Source of the DNA: a virus
Taxonomy: Duplodnaviria; Caudoviricetes
Direction: 5' to 3' (one strand)
IMG/VR virus record: IMGVR_UViG_3300001730_000004
Span: 1 to 41,538 of that record
Length of the DNA stretch: 41,538 nucleotides
A program made the translations under genes and the position numbers. The notes beneath the pieces were generated by a model that saw nothing but the letters and a program-made list of their open reading frames with translations, ran no database searches and had not been told where the DNA came from. This document shows positions 1 to 8,665 of this stretch, piece after piece. The stretch's first letter is position 1. Each line of letters starts with the position of its first letter.

Positions 1-18
1 GTCGCGTTCATGCTTGGA
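1..18. other. Candidate cos (cohesive-end) site, left part: 12-nt GTCGCGTTCATG followed by CTTGGA
   Basis: The window ends in TCCAAG (41533-41538). CTTGGA at 13-18 is its reverse complement, so circularisation gives a dyad around exactly nt 1-12, directly upstream of the terminase genes. Confidence 0.5.
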
Positions 19-70
19 TCGATTTCGGTGCTGCTGAAATTCGGTTGACCCCCGGCCCCCGGCGGACGCG

Positions 71-643
71 ATGACCGACGGCACCGACAGCGTCCGGCCG
101 CGGAGCGAAGGGCAGAGGCAGCTCTTGGCGCGCCCGGAGAGCCACGCCGAGATCGCCGAACGGCTCGGCTGCACCAAGCAGGTCGTGAGCTACTGGCGGC
201 GGGGCTCGAAGCGTCCGGGGGCCAAGAACCGCGAGTCCATGGCCGACGCGTTCGGGATCCCGGCGAAGGCGTGGTCACAGCAGCCCGCCGACCAGCCGCG
301 CCCGGCGCAGCGCGACCTCCGAGAGCTGACGCCGCTCGAGCACGCCGAAGAGCTGCTGAGGCAGGCGAGGCAGCGCCGCGAGCGGGGCGACCTCATGGAC
401 GCCGACTACAACAAGGCCCTCACCCTCGAGTCGCGGCTCCTGGACCAGACCACCCGCCTGCGGCGAGAGGCCGAGCGTGCCAAGGCCGAGGCCGAGCTCC
501 TCCAGGCGCGCGTCATCGCCGAGAACCCAGCGTGGCAGCGCTTCCGCGAGATCCTGACCTGGCTCGCCGAGCAGCTCGAGCCGGTGGAGCCATCGCTCGC
601 CGCCGAGCTCGACAGGCGGCTCGCCGAAGTCCTGGAGGACTGA
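71..643 (+). CDS. Probable terminase small subunit with N-terminal XRE-type HTH
   Basis: HTH (HAEIAERLGCTKQVVSYWRRG) followed by a helical/coiled-coil region; lies directly upstream of the large terminase. Confidence 0.6.
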   Translation: MTDGTDSVRPRSEGQRQLLARPESHAEIAERLGCTKQVVSYWRRGSKRPGAKNRESMADAFGIPAKAWSQQPADQPRPAQRDLRELTPLEHAEELLRQARQRRERGDLMDADYNKALTLESRLLDQTTRLRREAERAKAEAELLQARVIAENPAWQRFREILTWLAEQLEPVEPSLAAELDRRLAEVLED

Positions 644-646
644 CCG

Positions 647-2275
647 GTGGTGGCGTCGCTCTACGTCCTCGACGCGCTCGAGGTCTACCGGGAGGCACGG
701 AAGCTCGCGCGGGCGATCCGCTGGCCTTCGGCGCGCTACCGCTCCGACCCGGTGGGGTTCTTCCGGGACATCCTCGGGATCGAGCCATGGTCGACGCAGC
801 GCGAAGTACTCGAGAGCGTGCGCGACAACCCGCGCACGACCTGGAAGTCCGGCCACCGGGTGTCGAAGTCCAACACCGCCTCGGGGTGCGGGCTGTGGTT
901 CTACAGCTCCTTCGACGACGCGCGCGTAGTCATGAGCGCCCCGGTGGCACGCCAGGTGGACGACATCCTCTGGCGGGAGACCGCCATGATGAAGAAGCGC
1001 GGCGGGGTCTGTCTCGCCTGCCGGGCGGAGGGTGTGACGGAGCGCCCGTGCCCCCACTCGGCGCTGATCGACGGGAAGCTGGGGAAGCGCGCGGCGACCG
1101 GGCTGGTGAGCGACAACTTCCGCGAGATCAAGGGCTACACCGCCAAAGACGTCGAGGCGATCACCGGCACGGCCGGCAAGAACCTTTTCTTCGTGTTCGA
1201 CGAGTGCTCGGGGATCCCCGACGAGATCTTCGAGGGGCTCGAGGGCAACCGGGCCGGGTGGGCGAGCGACGGGCCGGGCACGGTCCGGGTGCTCTACACG
1301 GGCAACCCCACGAAGACGAGCGGGGAGTTCTACGAGTCGCACAACGGCAAGTCGAAGTACTTCCACTGCATCACGACGAGCTCCGAGGACACGCCGAACT
1401 GCCGCGAGGGGCGCGTCGTGGTCCCCGGCCTGGCGACGAAGGAGTGGGTCGACGAGAAGAAGGAGATGTGGGGCGAGGAGTCCGCCCTGTACCTGATCCG
1501 CGTCAAGGGAGAGTTCGCCGAGCGGGAGGACGGGAAGATCTTCAGCGTCGCGGCGATCGTGGACGCGGAGAGCCGGTGGGCGGACACGAAGGCCGAGGGG
1601 CGCCTGTTCGTGGGGCTCGACCCAGCGGGCGAGAGCGGGACCGGGGACGAGGCGGTGTTCGCCCCGCGGCGGGGGCAGAAGCTGCTCGAGCTGGTGGCGT
1701 TCACGGGGCTCTCGCCGGCGGCGCACCTCGTCCACGCGCTCGGCATCGTCGAGCGGCTGGGGCGCCGTCGGGAGAAGCCGGTGATCGTGCTGGACCGCGA
1801 GGGGGCGGTGGGCGCGAAGGTGTACGGCGAGTTCCTGCGGTTCCTCGAGGAGCGGAAGGGGGAGGAGCCGTTCGAGCTGGTGGCGGTGCGCGCGTCCGAT
1901 CGTGCGGTGCGCCAGCCGCACGTCTTCGACCGCATGCGCGACGAGCTGACTGCAAACCTCGAGGGTTGGATGCGCGAGGGCGGCGCGATCCCCGAGGACT
2001 CGAAGCTGGCGGCCGAGCTACACGTGTGGGAGTGGGAGCAGCAGGCGCACACGGGGCGGCTGAAGCTGGTCCCGCAGAAGAAGGTGCTACGGCGCCGGGA
2101 CCAGCTGGGCCGCTCGCCGGACCGCTACGACGCGCTGGCGCTGGCGTGCTGGGTTCCTCTCTCGCTGCGGGACGGGGTGCCTCCGTCGGCGCGCCGCGGA
2201 CCCGAGCCGGCGGAGGAGCTCGCGGAGCACGCGTTCGACCCGTACGCGGGGGCGGACGCATGGAGGCGCCGGTAG
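647..2275 (+). CDS. terL: Terminase large subunit
   Basis: YRSDPVGFFRDILG N-terminus, adenine-binding Q (WSTQ), Walker A-like SGHRVSKS, Walker B FFVFDE, coupling motif TGNP, RNase H-like nuclease motifs GLDPA, GDE and SPDRYDA. Confidence 0.9.
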   Translation: MVASLYVLDALEVYREARKLARAIRWPSARYRSDPVGFFRDILGIEPWSTQREVLESVRDNPRTTWKSGHRVSKSNTASGCGLWFYSSFDDARVVMSAPVARQVDDILWRETAMMKKRGGVCLACRAEGVTERPCPHSALIDGKLGKRAATGLVSDNFREIKGYTAKDVEAITGTAGKNLFFVFDECSGIPDEIFEGLEGNRAGWASDGPGTVRVLYTGNPTKTSGEFYESHNGKSKYFHCITTSSEDTPNCREGRVVVPGLATKEWVDEKKEMWGEESALYLIRVKGEFAEREDGKIFSVAAIVDAESRWADTKAEGRLFVGLDPAGESGTGDEAVFAPRRGQKLLELVAFTGLSPAAHLVHALGIVERLGRRREKPVIVLDREGAVGAKVYGEFLRFLEERKGEEPFELVAVRASDRAVRQPHVFDRMRDELTANLEGWMREGGAIPEDSKLAAELHVWEWEQQAHTGRLKLVPQKKVLRRRDQLGRSPDRYDALALACWVPLSLRDGVPPSARRGPEPAEELAEHAFDPYAGADAWRRR

Positions 2276-2279
2276 CAGC

Positions 2280-2462
2280 GTGTCGCGTGGGCGCGCCGCC
2301 TTGCTCGAGATCCTGCGCCGCACGGAGGTGCAGTACGTGGCGGCGCGCTGCCGAGTGACGCCCGGAGCGGTCTACCACTGGCTCTCGGGGCGCCGAAAGC
2401 CCTCGGACGCGAAGAAAAACGCGCTGGAGGTCAACTACGGGATTCCGCGTGATTCCTGGTAG
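2280..2462 (+). CDS. Small Cro/XRE-type HTH protein
   Basis: VAARCRVTPGAVYHWLSGRRKPS helix-turn-helix pattern, 60 aa. Confidence 0.75.
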   Translation: MSRGRAALLEILRRTEVQYVAARCRVTPGAVYHWLSGRRKPSDAKKNALEVNYGIPRDSW

Positions 2463-2481
2463 TTGAGTCGTTCGACGGGGG

Positions 2482-2510
2482 GGGTCAACCGGGTCAACCG
2501 GGGTCAACCG
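2482..2510. repeat. Three tandem GGGTCAACCG copies upstream of the portal gene
   Basis: Copies at 2482, 2491 and 2501; an inverted copy (CGGTTGACCC) lies at 42-51. Confidence 0.8.
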
Positions 2511-2557
2511 GTGCGAATCATACACCTGGCGCTGGCGAACTCCTCACGCTTCCGGAC

Positions 2558-3898
2558 GTGGGGATCGCCTCTCGCATAGCATCGCTCCTTGGCATCTCGG
2601 CCTACACTCGGCCGGCTGCCGAGGGTGCGCTGACGCTCGACGACCCGGCGGTGGAGCGCCTTCGCGAGCAGTTCGGCGGCGGGCTGCAGCCGATCCCCTT
2701 CAGCCAGACGCGCTGGTACCTCAGCGACCTCGAGGCGGCGGAGCACAACGCGGACGCGGGCCACCTCGCTGGTGCGGCGCGGCTCATGCGCGCGGCGCGC
2801 AAGGACGGGGTGCTGGCGGGCGTGCTCTCCACGCGCACCGACGGCCTGGTCCGGCTGCCGAAGCGGTTCCGTGGACGAGACGAGATCGTCGCCGCGCTCG
2901 AGCTGGGCCACGAGCAGACGCGGAGCGTCTTCGACGAGATGTGTCCCGCGCCGGAGCTGAGCGCCCTGGCGGCCGACGGGGTCCTCGTCGGCGTCGGCGT
3001 CGGCGAGCTGCTGCCCGTGCCGGGGCGCAACTACCCCGTGCTGGTCCGGTACGACCCGGAGTTCCTGATCTACCGCTGGTATGAGAACCGCTGGTACTTC
3101 CGCTCGAACGTCGGGCTGATCCCCATCACGCCGGGCGACGGCCGGTGGGTGCTGCACGTCCCGGGGGGCCGCTGTGCGCCGTGGCAGGCCGCGCTCTGGC
3201 GCGCGGTGGGGCGCGCCTACATTCGCAAGGAGCACGCCTCGATCCACAAGGACAACTGGGAGGCGAAGCTCGCCAACCCGGCGCGGGTGGCGCTGGCGCC
3301 CCAGGGGGCGAGCGAGGGCCAGAAGGACGCCTGGTTCAAGCGCGTCATGGCGTGGGGCATCAACACGGTGTTCAGCCTGACGCCCGGCTACGACGTGAAG
3401 CTGCTCGAGAGCAACGGGCGGGGCTACGAGAGCTTCGAGAAGACGATCGCGGCGCAGGACGTCGAGTTCAAGATGGCGGTGGCCGGACAGCTGGTCACCT
3501 CGGACGGCGGGGCGGGGTTCCAGAACAGCGACATCCACCGCTCGATCCGCGCCGACCTGATCAAGGCCACCAGCGACGCGCTCGCGTACACGGTCAACAC
3601 CCAGGTGCTGCCGCCCTGGATCCTCGGCCGCTGGGGTGAGGCGGCGCTTCGTGACGGCGCGGTCGTCGAGTGGGACGTGACGCCGCCGAAGGATCGCGCG
3701 GCGGAGGCGCAGGCCATGGTGACGACCGCCAACGCGATCACCGCGATGGCGGAGGCGCTGCTCGCCACCGGAGGCGGAGCCGAAGGCGCCGCGCACGAGC
3801 TCGACGTGGACGCCATGATCGCGAGGTTCGGGATCCCCACCCGCCGCCGACAGGCCGACCCGGGCCCCGCGCCGGTGCGCCTGCGGGAGGTCGCGTGA
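2558..3898 (+). CDS. Portal protein (Mu gp29/DUF935-like)
   Basis: Position between terminase and protease; 446 aa; pattern KDGVLAGVLSTR...GVGE...YDVKLLES...AVAGQLVTSD resembles DUF935 portals. Confidence 0.75.
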   Translation: MGIASRIASLLGISAYTRPAAEGALTLDDPAVERLREQFGGGLQPIPFSQTRWYLSDLEAAEHNADAGHLAGAARLMRAARKDGVLAGVLSTRTDGLVRLPKRFRGRDEIVAALELGHEQTRSVFDEMCPAPELSALAADGVLVGVGVGELLPVPGRNYPVLVRYDPEFLIYRWYENRWYFRSNVGLIPITPGDGRWVLHVPGGRCAPWQAALWRAVGRAYIRKEHASIHKDNWEAKLANPARVALAPQGASEGQKDAWFKRVMAWGINTVFSLTPGYDVKLLESNGRGYESFEKTIAAQDVEFKMAVAGQLVTSDGGAGFQNSDIHRSIRADLIKATSDALAYTVNTQVLPPWILGRWGEAALRDGAVVEWDVTPPKDRAAEAQAMVTTANAITAMAEALLATGGGAEGAAHELDVDAMIARFGIPTRRRQADPGPAPVRLREVA

Positions 3899-5346
3899 GG
3901 TACTACACCCCCCGCGGTCTCTTGGCGCTGGACCCGCGCGCGCTCGGGATGGTCGTGAGCGAGGGTCAGCCCTCCACCCCGGCGATCGAGACGCGCTCGA
4001 GCGTGGCGGTGATCACGATCCGCGGGCCGCTCGCGCACCACAAGGAGTACTGGGGCGACTCGTACGAGGGGATCATGGAGCGCTTCACGGCGGCGCTCGA
4101 GACGCAGCCCCGCGCGATCGTGCTGAAGGTCGACTCGCCCGGGGGGACGGTCTCCGGCGCGTTCGAGACGGCGCGGGCGCTGCGGCGGGCAGCGCGGGCG
4201 GCGGGCGTGAAGCTGCTCGCCTACGTCGACGGGGCGGCGGCGAGCGCGGCCTACGCGCTGAGCACCGCGGCCGACGAGATCCACGCGACGCCCTCGAGCG
4301 ACATTGGCTCGATCGGGGTGATCGAGACCTTCTTCGACGTGACCGCGGCCGACGAGCGGCACGGGGTCGCGGTCACGCTGGTGGCGAGCGGTGCGCGCAA
4401 GACCGACGGCGACCCGCACGTGCCGCTCACGGAGGCGGCGTTGGCCGCGTCGCAGCGTCGCGTGGACCAGCTCGCGGAGACGTTCTTCGAGCTGGTCCGC
4501 GAACACCGCGGCGTCGACGTCGCCGCGCTGCGCGCTCTGCAGGGTGACCGCGTCCTGGGCCCCGAGGCGGTGCGACTGGGGTTGGCGGACGCGCTGAGCA
4601 GCTTCGAGGACGTGCTCGCGCTGGCGAGCGGCAACACCCCCGCCCGGGCGGCGGGCGCAACGAACGAGGAATCCATGGAAGAAGACGAAGAGAAGGCGAG
4701 GAAGGCTCTCCAGGCCATCGCCGACGACGAGGAGGCGGACGAGCAGGCCCGCAAGCGCGCTCGCCGCGCGCTCAAGGCCATGGACGAAGACGAAGACGAC
4801 GACGACGCCACCGCGGAGAGCGAGGAAGAGGACGAGGAGGCGAAGAAGGCGAAGAAGGCGAAGGCCAGCGCCAAGACCTCGAACGTCACCGCGTCGACCG
4901 CGGGCGAGCTCGCCAGCGCCGTGCAGGATCTCACCTCGCGGCTCGCGGCGGTCGAGCGGGAGCGGGAGGAGGGAGAGCGCGCGCGCCTTCTCGCCAGCCG
5001 CCCCGACCTGTCGCCGAGCCTCGTCAAGGTCCTCCAGAAGAAGCCGCTGACGGAGGTGCAGGCCATCGTCTCGGCGATCGAGGCGCCGCCGCGCGCCAAC
5101 CCCGCCGCGGCGAGCAGCGTCCGTCCCACGCTGGGCGCGGGGCAAGGCGACGGCCAGGCGAGCCGCCTGCCGCCCGCCGAGAAGGCCGCGCTCGACGCCC
5201 GCATGGGCCTGACCCGCACCACCGCGGGCGTCGTCCAGCAGGGCAACAAGTTGATCCTCGGTGCCCAGGTCCCGGTGACCAACGGCGCGCCCGGGCAGCA
5301 GTCCACGCCGCCGGCGCCCACGCGCAGCGGCGAGAAGGGAGCGTGA
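3895..5346 (+). CDS. Prohead protease (S49/SppA family) with C-terminal scaffold region
   Basis: GTG overlaps the portal stop (GTGA). S49 motifs VDSPGG, AASAAY, GSIGV, SGARK and LGLAD; acidic/coiled-coil C-terminal half. Confidence 0.85.
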   Translation: MRYYTPRGLLALDPRALGMVVSEGQPSTPAIETRSSVAVITIRGPLAHHKEYWGDSYEGIMERFTAALETQPRAIVLKVDSPGGTVSGAFETARALRRAARAAGVKLLAYVDGAAASAAYALSTAADEIHATPSSDIGSIGVIETFFDVTAADERHGVAVTLVASGARKTDGDPHVPLTEAALAASQRRVDQLAETFFELVREHRGVDVAALRALQGDRVLGPEAVRLGLADALSSFEDVLALASGNTPARAAGATNEESMEEDEEKARKALQAIADDEEADEQARKRARRALKAMDEDEDDDDATAESEEEDEEAKKAKKAKASAKTSNVTASTAGELASAVQDLTSRLAAVEREREEGERARLLASRPDLSPSLVKVLQKKPLTEVQAIVSAIEAPPRANPAAASSVRPTLGAGQGDGQASRLPPAEKAALDARMGLTRTTAGVVQQGNKLILGAQVPVTNGAPGQQSTPPAPTRSGEKGA

Positions 5347-5350
5347 CGAC

Positions 5351-5752
5351 ATGCGCCGCATGACTCGCACCGAGAGCTGGAGCTACTTCGAGCACACCCT
5401 GGCGAACACGGAGGTCGCGGAGGAGGGGCACATGGCGTGCCTCGACACCGCGACCGCCCTGATCGTCGCGGGGCAGCCGTCCACCACGCTGCGCCCGATC
5501 GGCTACTTCGACGAGGACCTGACCGGTGACGGCGCGAAGCAAGTGCGCGTGCGCCTCTTCCGGGAGCTGCAGCTCCACTGGTGGGACAACGACGTCGCAC
5601 CGAACGACGTCCAGGCCGCCGACATCGGCAACGACGCGTTCATCCTCGACTCTCGTACCGTGTCCGCCTCGGACGGTACCGCCACCCGCTCGACGGCCGG
5701 AACGGTCTGGGCGGTCCACTCCATCTACGGCGTGCTCATCGAGCACCCCTGA
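5351..5752 (+). CDS. Head decoration/cement protein (putative)
   Basis: 133-aa beta-rich protein between protease and capsid; ADIGNDAFILDSRTVS...AG pattern typical of this slot. Confidence 0.6.
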   Translation: MRRMTRTESWSYFEHTLANTEVAEEGHMACLDTATALIVAGQPSTTLRPIGYFDEDLTGDGAKQVRVRLFRELQLHWWDNDVAPNDVQAADIGNDAFILDSRTVSASDGTATRSTAGTVWAVHSIYGVLIEHP

Positions 5753-5772
5753 GCTGAACGAAGGAACGACCC

Positions 5773-6810
5773 ATGGGAGCCCTCACCCCTGAATTCCTCT
5801 TCGACCTCGAGTCGAACATGAGCGTGATCAGCTCGCGCGAATACCAGCGGCTGCTGAACGCGTCGTGGTGGAACCTCATCGCGCGGCGCATGGACAGCGG
5901 CGCGAAGAAGGAGCGCATCAACTGGCTCCTCGACACGGCAAAGATTCAGCGCCCGAACGCGAAGCGCGGCGGCGGCCAGGCGATCTTCGACGACCTGGTG
6001 GCGCTCACCACCGAGTACGAGAACGAGAACGCCAACGGGGGCCTCAAGCTCAAGAAGGAGCAGCTCGAGGACACCGACGGCAACGGCGTGCAGCTGGCGA
6101 CCGAGTGGTCGCGGCAGATCGGCGCCTACGCGGCCTACTGGCCGCAGAAGGAGCTGGCGCGCGCGATCCGGGCGAACCCGGTCACCTACGACGGAGTCGC
6201 GTTCTTCGCGACGAACCACCCGGTCAACCCGTTTCTCCCGGCGGCGGGCAACTTCGCCAACCTCTTCACGGGGGTGGCGGCGGGTGGCTACCCCGGCGCG
6301 CTCCCGATCGACGAGAGCGTCACGCTGGACGTCGCGGTCGCGAACGTGCAGAAGGCCCTCGCCTACATCGCGTCGATCAAGATGCCGAACGGCGAGGACC
6401 CGCGGCAGCTGCGCGCCGTGCGCATCCTGGTGCCCCCGGCGCTGGTGGCGCGCGCGCAGCAGATCACCAACGCGAAGTTCATTGCCCAGGCGGCCGTGAC
6501 CGGTGGCGGCGCCGCCGACTTCGAGGCGGTGGTGCGCAACTGGGGGTTCGGTCAGCCCGTCGAGGCGGCCGAGCTCGGGGCGGCGTTCGGCGGGAGCGAC
6601 ACGAGCTGGTACATCCTCACCGAGGAGATCACCACGAACGAGCTCGGCGCGTTCGTGTACGTGGACCGCGAGCCGTTCGCGATCCTCTTCCACGGCCCGA
6701 TGAGCAGCGCGGAGCTCGCGCGCAAGCGTGAGCTCCAGTGGCTGACCGAAGGTCGCAACGTCATCGGCGCCGGGCACCCCTACCTCTTCTTCCGCGCCGA
6801 CGCGACCTGA
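5773..6810 (+). CDS. Major capsid protein (Mu gpT-like)
   Basis: 345 aa; RBS AAGGA; motifs TYDGVAFFATNHP, ILVPPAL, WYIL and YVDREP characteristic of Mu gpT-like head proteins. Confidence 0.85.
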   Translation: MGALTPEFLFDLESNMSVISSREYQRLLNASWWNLIARRMDSGAKKERINWLLDTAKIQRPNAKRGGGQAIFDDLVALTTEYENENANGGLKLKKEQLEDTDGNGVQLATEWSRQIGAYAAYWPQKELARAIRANPVTYDGVAFFATNHPVNPFLPAAGNFANLFTGVAAGGYPGALPIDESVTLDVAVANVQKALAYIASIKMPNGEDPRQLRAVRILVPPALVARAQQITNAKFIAQAAVTGGGAADFEAVVRNWGFGQPVEAAELGAAFGGSDTSWYILTEEITTNELGAFVYVDREPFAILFHGPMSSAELARKRELQWLTEGRNVIGAGHPYLFFRADAT

Positions 6811-7235
6811 TGTCGGACCGGCAGCAGACCGAGGTCGTGAGCCCCCCCGTCGACGAGACGGGCGGGGCGGCGACCGCGCTCGTCACGCGCACCTGCCCCA
6901 AGTGCGGGCAGGAGCGCGCCGGCTCGGCGTTCCGTTCCAACCACCCGCGGACGCACTGCGACGAGTGCCACGCCGCGCGCGAGGCCGGCGACGAGGAGGG
7001 AGACGAGGAGGCATCCGACGACGAGGCGCGTCCGGCGCGCCGCGCGCGCGCCACCCGCTGCCCCGTGCTCGACCTCGAGCTCGCCGGCGAGTGCGCGCCC
7101 ACCCTGTGGGGCGGGGTCTGGATGAGCCCTCGCGCCGCGGCGGCCCTCGCCTCCGGCCTCGACGCCGACGAGCTCGAGCTCGCGAGCATCTGGCTGCGCG
7201 AGCGCCAGGAAGCCCAGGAGCGCCAGGGCGGCTGA
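6810..7235 (+). CDS. Hypothetical protein with zinc ribbon and acidic tract
   Basis: ATG overlaps the capsid stop; CPKC...CDEC; GDEEGDEE tract. Confidence 0.6.
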   Translation: MSDRQQTEVVSPPVDETGGAATALVTRTCPKCGQERAGSAFRSNHPRTHCDECHAAREAGDEEGDEEASDDEARPARRARATRCPVLDLELAGECAPTLWGGVWMSPRAAAALASGLDADELELASIWLRERQEAQERQGG

Positions 7236-7738
7236 TGGCCATCTACCTCACCGTCGACGGCTTCAAGGCGCTGTCCACCCTCCCTTCGTCGTTCGTCGAC
7301 GACGTCGAGCTCGAAGAGCCCGGGTGGACCGCGAACCAGCTCGCGATCTGGTCGCGCTGGCTCGAGGCCCGGCTGCGCAAGCGCTACCCGACGCCGTTCC
7401 CCGCCCACGACGACACCCCGCCGACGCCGCTGACGGTCCAGGCGTGGCTCGCTCGGCTGGTGACGGTGAAGGTCTGGCTCAAGCGCGGCGTCGACCCCAA
7501 CGACCGGCAGTTCGACGCGGTCCACGACGACCACCTCGCGGCCAAGGAGGAGATCCTCGAGGCCGCGAACTCCGAGGAGGGCTGGTTTGACCTGCCCGCT
7601 CGCGACGACGAGGACGCCAGCGCGATCCGCGGCTCGTCGCCGCGCGGCTACTCCGAGCAGTCGCCGTACGTGTGGACGGATCAGCAGGGCGCCACCGCGC
7701 GCGCGGAGGATCGCCTCGGGAGGGGATCCGGTGGCTAG
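7235..7738 (+). CDS. Head-tail connector (Mu gp36/DUF1320-like)
   Basis: ATG overlaps the upstream stop; MAIYLT...RLRKRYPTPF...P.TV pattern and position. Confidence 0.65.
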   Translation: MAIYLTVDGFKALSTLPSSFVDDVELEEPGWTANQLAIWSRWLEARLRKRYPTPFPAHDDTPPTPLTVQAWLARLVTVKVWLKRGVDPNDRQFDAVHDDHLAAKEEILEAANSEEGWFDLPARDDEDASAIRGSSPRGYSEQSPYVWTDQQGATARAEDRLGRGSGG

Positions 7739-8120
7739 CGGGGCCGAAGCGCTGCGCAACCACGTGCGCCGCCTGCGCGAGCTGGGGACGCTGGCGGCGG
7801 ACGCCGCCCCCGACCTCGCGGACGCGGTGGAGGGCGAGGTGCGCGCGCAGATCGCGCGCGGTGAGGCGCCCGACGGCACGCGCTGGCAGCTCACCCAGGA
7901 CGGCCGACGCCCGCTGCAGAACGCGGGTGAGTCCCTGACGGTGCGCGCGCTCGGCTCGGTGGTGATCCTCCGCGTCGTGGGCCACCACGCGCGCCACCAC
8001 CTGGGCGCGGTGAAGGGCGGGGTCAAGCGCCAGATCCTGCCGACCGCCCGCATCCCCGCCCCCATGGTCCGCGCGCTGACCACGACGCTGACCATGCGCT
8101 TCCGCGAGGTGACCTCATGA
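7731..8120 (+). CDS. Virion morphogenesis/neck protein (Mu gpG / tail-S-like)
   Basis: GEAPDGTRW, RPL, ARHHLG and RQILP motifs; position. Confidence 0.6.
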   Translation: MASGAEALRNHVRRLRELGTLAADAAPDLADAVEGEVRAQIARGEAPDGTRWQLTQDGRRPLQNAGESLTVRALGSVVILRVVGHHARHHLGAVKGGVKRQILPTARIPAPMVRALTTTLTMRFREVTS

Positions 8121-8656
8121 GCGTCTCGTTCTCGCTCGAGGAGCTCTATGACGCGGTCGTCGCTCGCTTCGCGGCGGAGTCGACCGAGGCCGAGCAGGTG
8201 TTCGGCTGGCGCAAGCCGCAGCGGCACAAGCGCTCGGCGCGACGGCTCGTCTGGAAGCCCGGCGACCCGTCAGCGAGCGCGGGCGAGCTCCGGCCCGCGC
8301 GCAACCCCGGACGCAACCCGCGCCCCCTCGCCACGCTGGCGGAGCGCTTCACGGTCTACGTCACCGCGGTGGACGCCGCGGCGGTGGAGGACGAGCGCGC
8401 CCAGTACGTCGCGACCCGCGCGCTCTTCGACGCCTGGTATCGCGCCGTGCATCTGGCGGCGCACGGGACGTTCCGGATCCGCGACGTGCGCTGGAACGAG
8501 ACCAAGAACGAGCGCCGCTACGGCGCCGAGCTCGTGTGCGTGTGCGAGCTCGAGGCGGCCATCGTCGACGCGGTGCAGACGACGGCCCCCACCGACACGA
8601 CCGCCGCCATCACCGACAGCCTCGACGACGTCGACGAGGTCCTGCCCGTCCCCTGA
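8117..8656 (+). CDS. Tail terminator/completion protein (putative)
   Basis: ATGA-coupled; immediately precedes the sheath gene. Confidence 0.5.
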   Translation: MSVSFSLEELYDAVVARFAAESTEAEQVFGWRKPQRHKRSARRLVWKPGDPSASAGELRPARNPGRNPRPLATLAERFTVYVTAVDAAAVEDERAQYVATRALFDAWYRAVHLAAHGTFRIRDVRWNETKNERRYGAELVCVCELEAAIVDAVQTTAPTDTTAAITDSLDDVDEVLPVP

Positions 8657-8665
8657 GGAGAGCCC

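Noticed and set aside
2558-8120. Transposable Mu-like phage
   Set aside because: Head and neck genes look Mu-like, but there is no DDE transposase or MuB; a tyrosine integrase, attP and Prim-Pol replicon are present instead.
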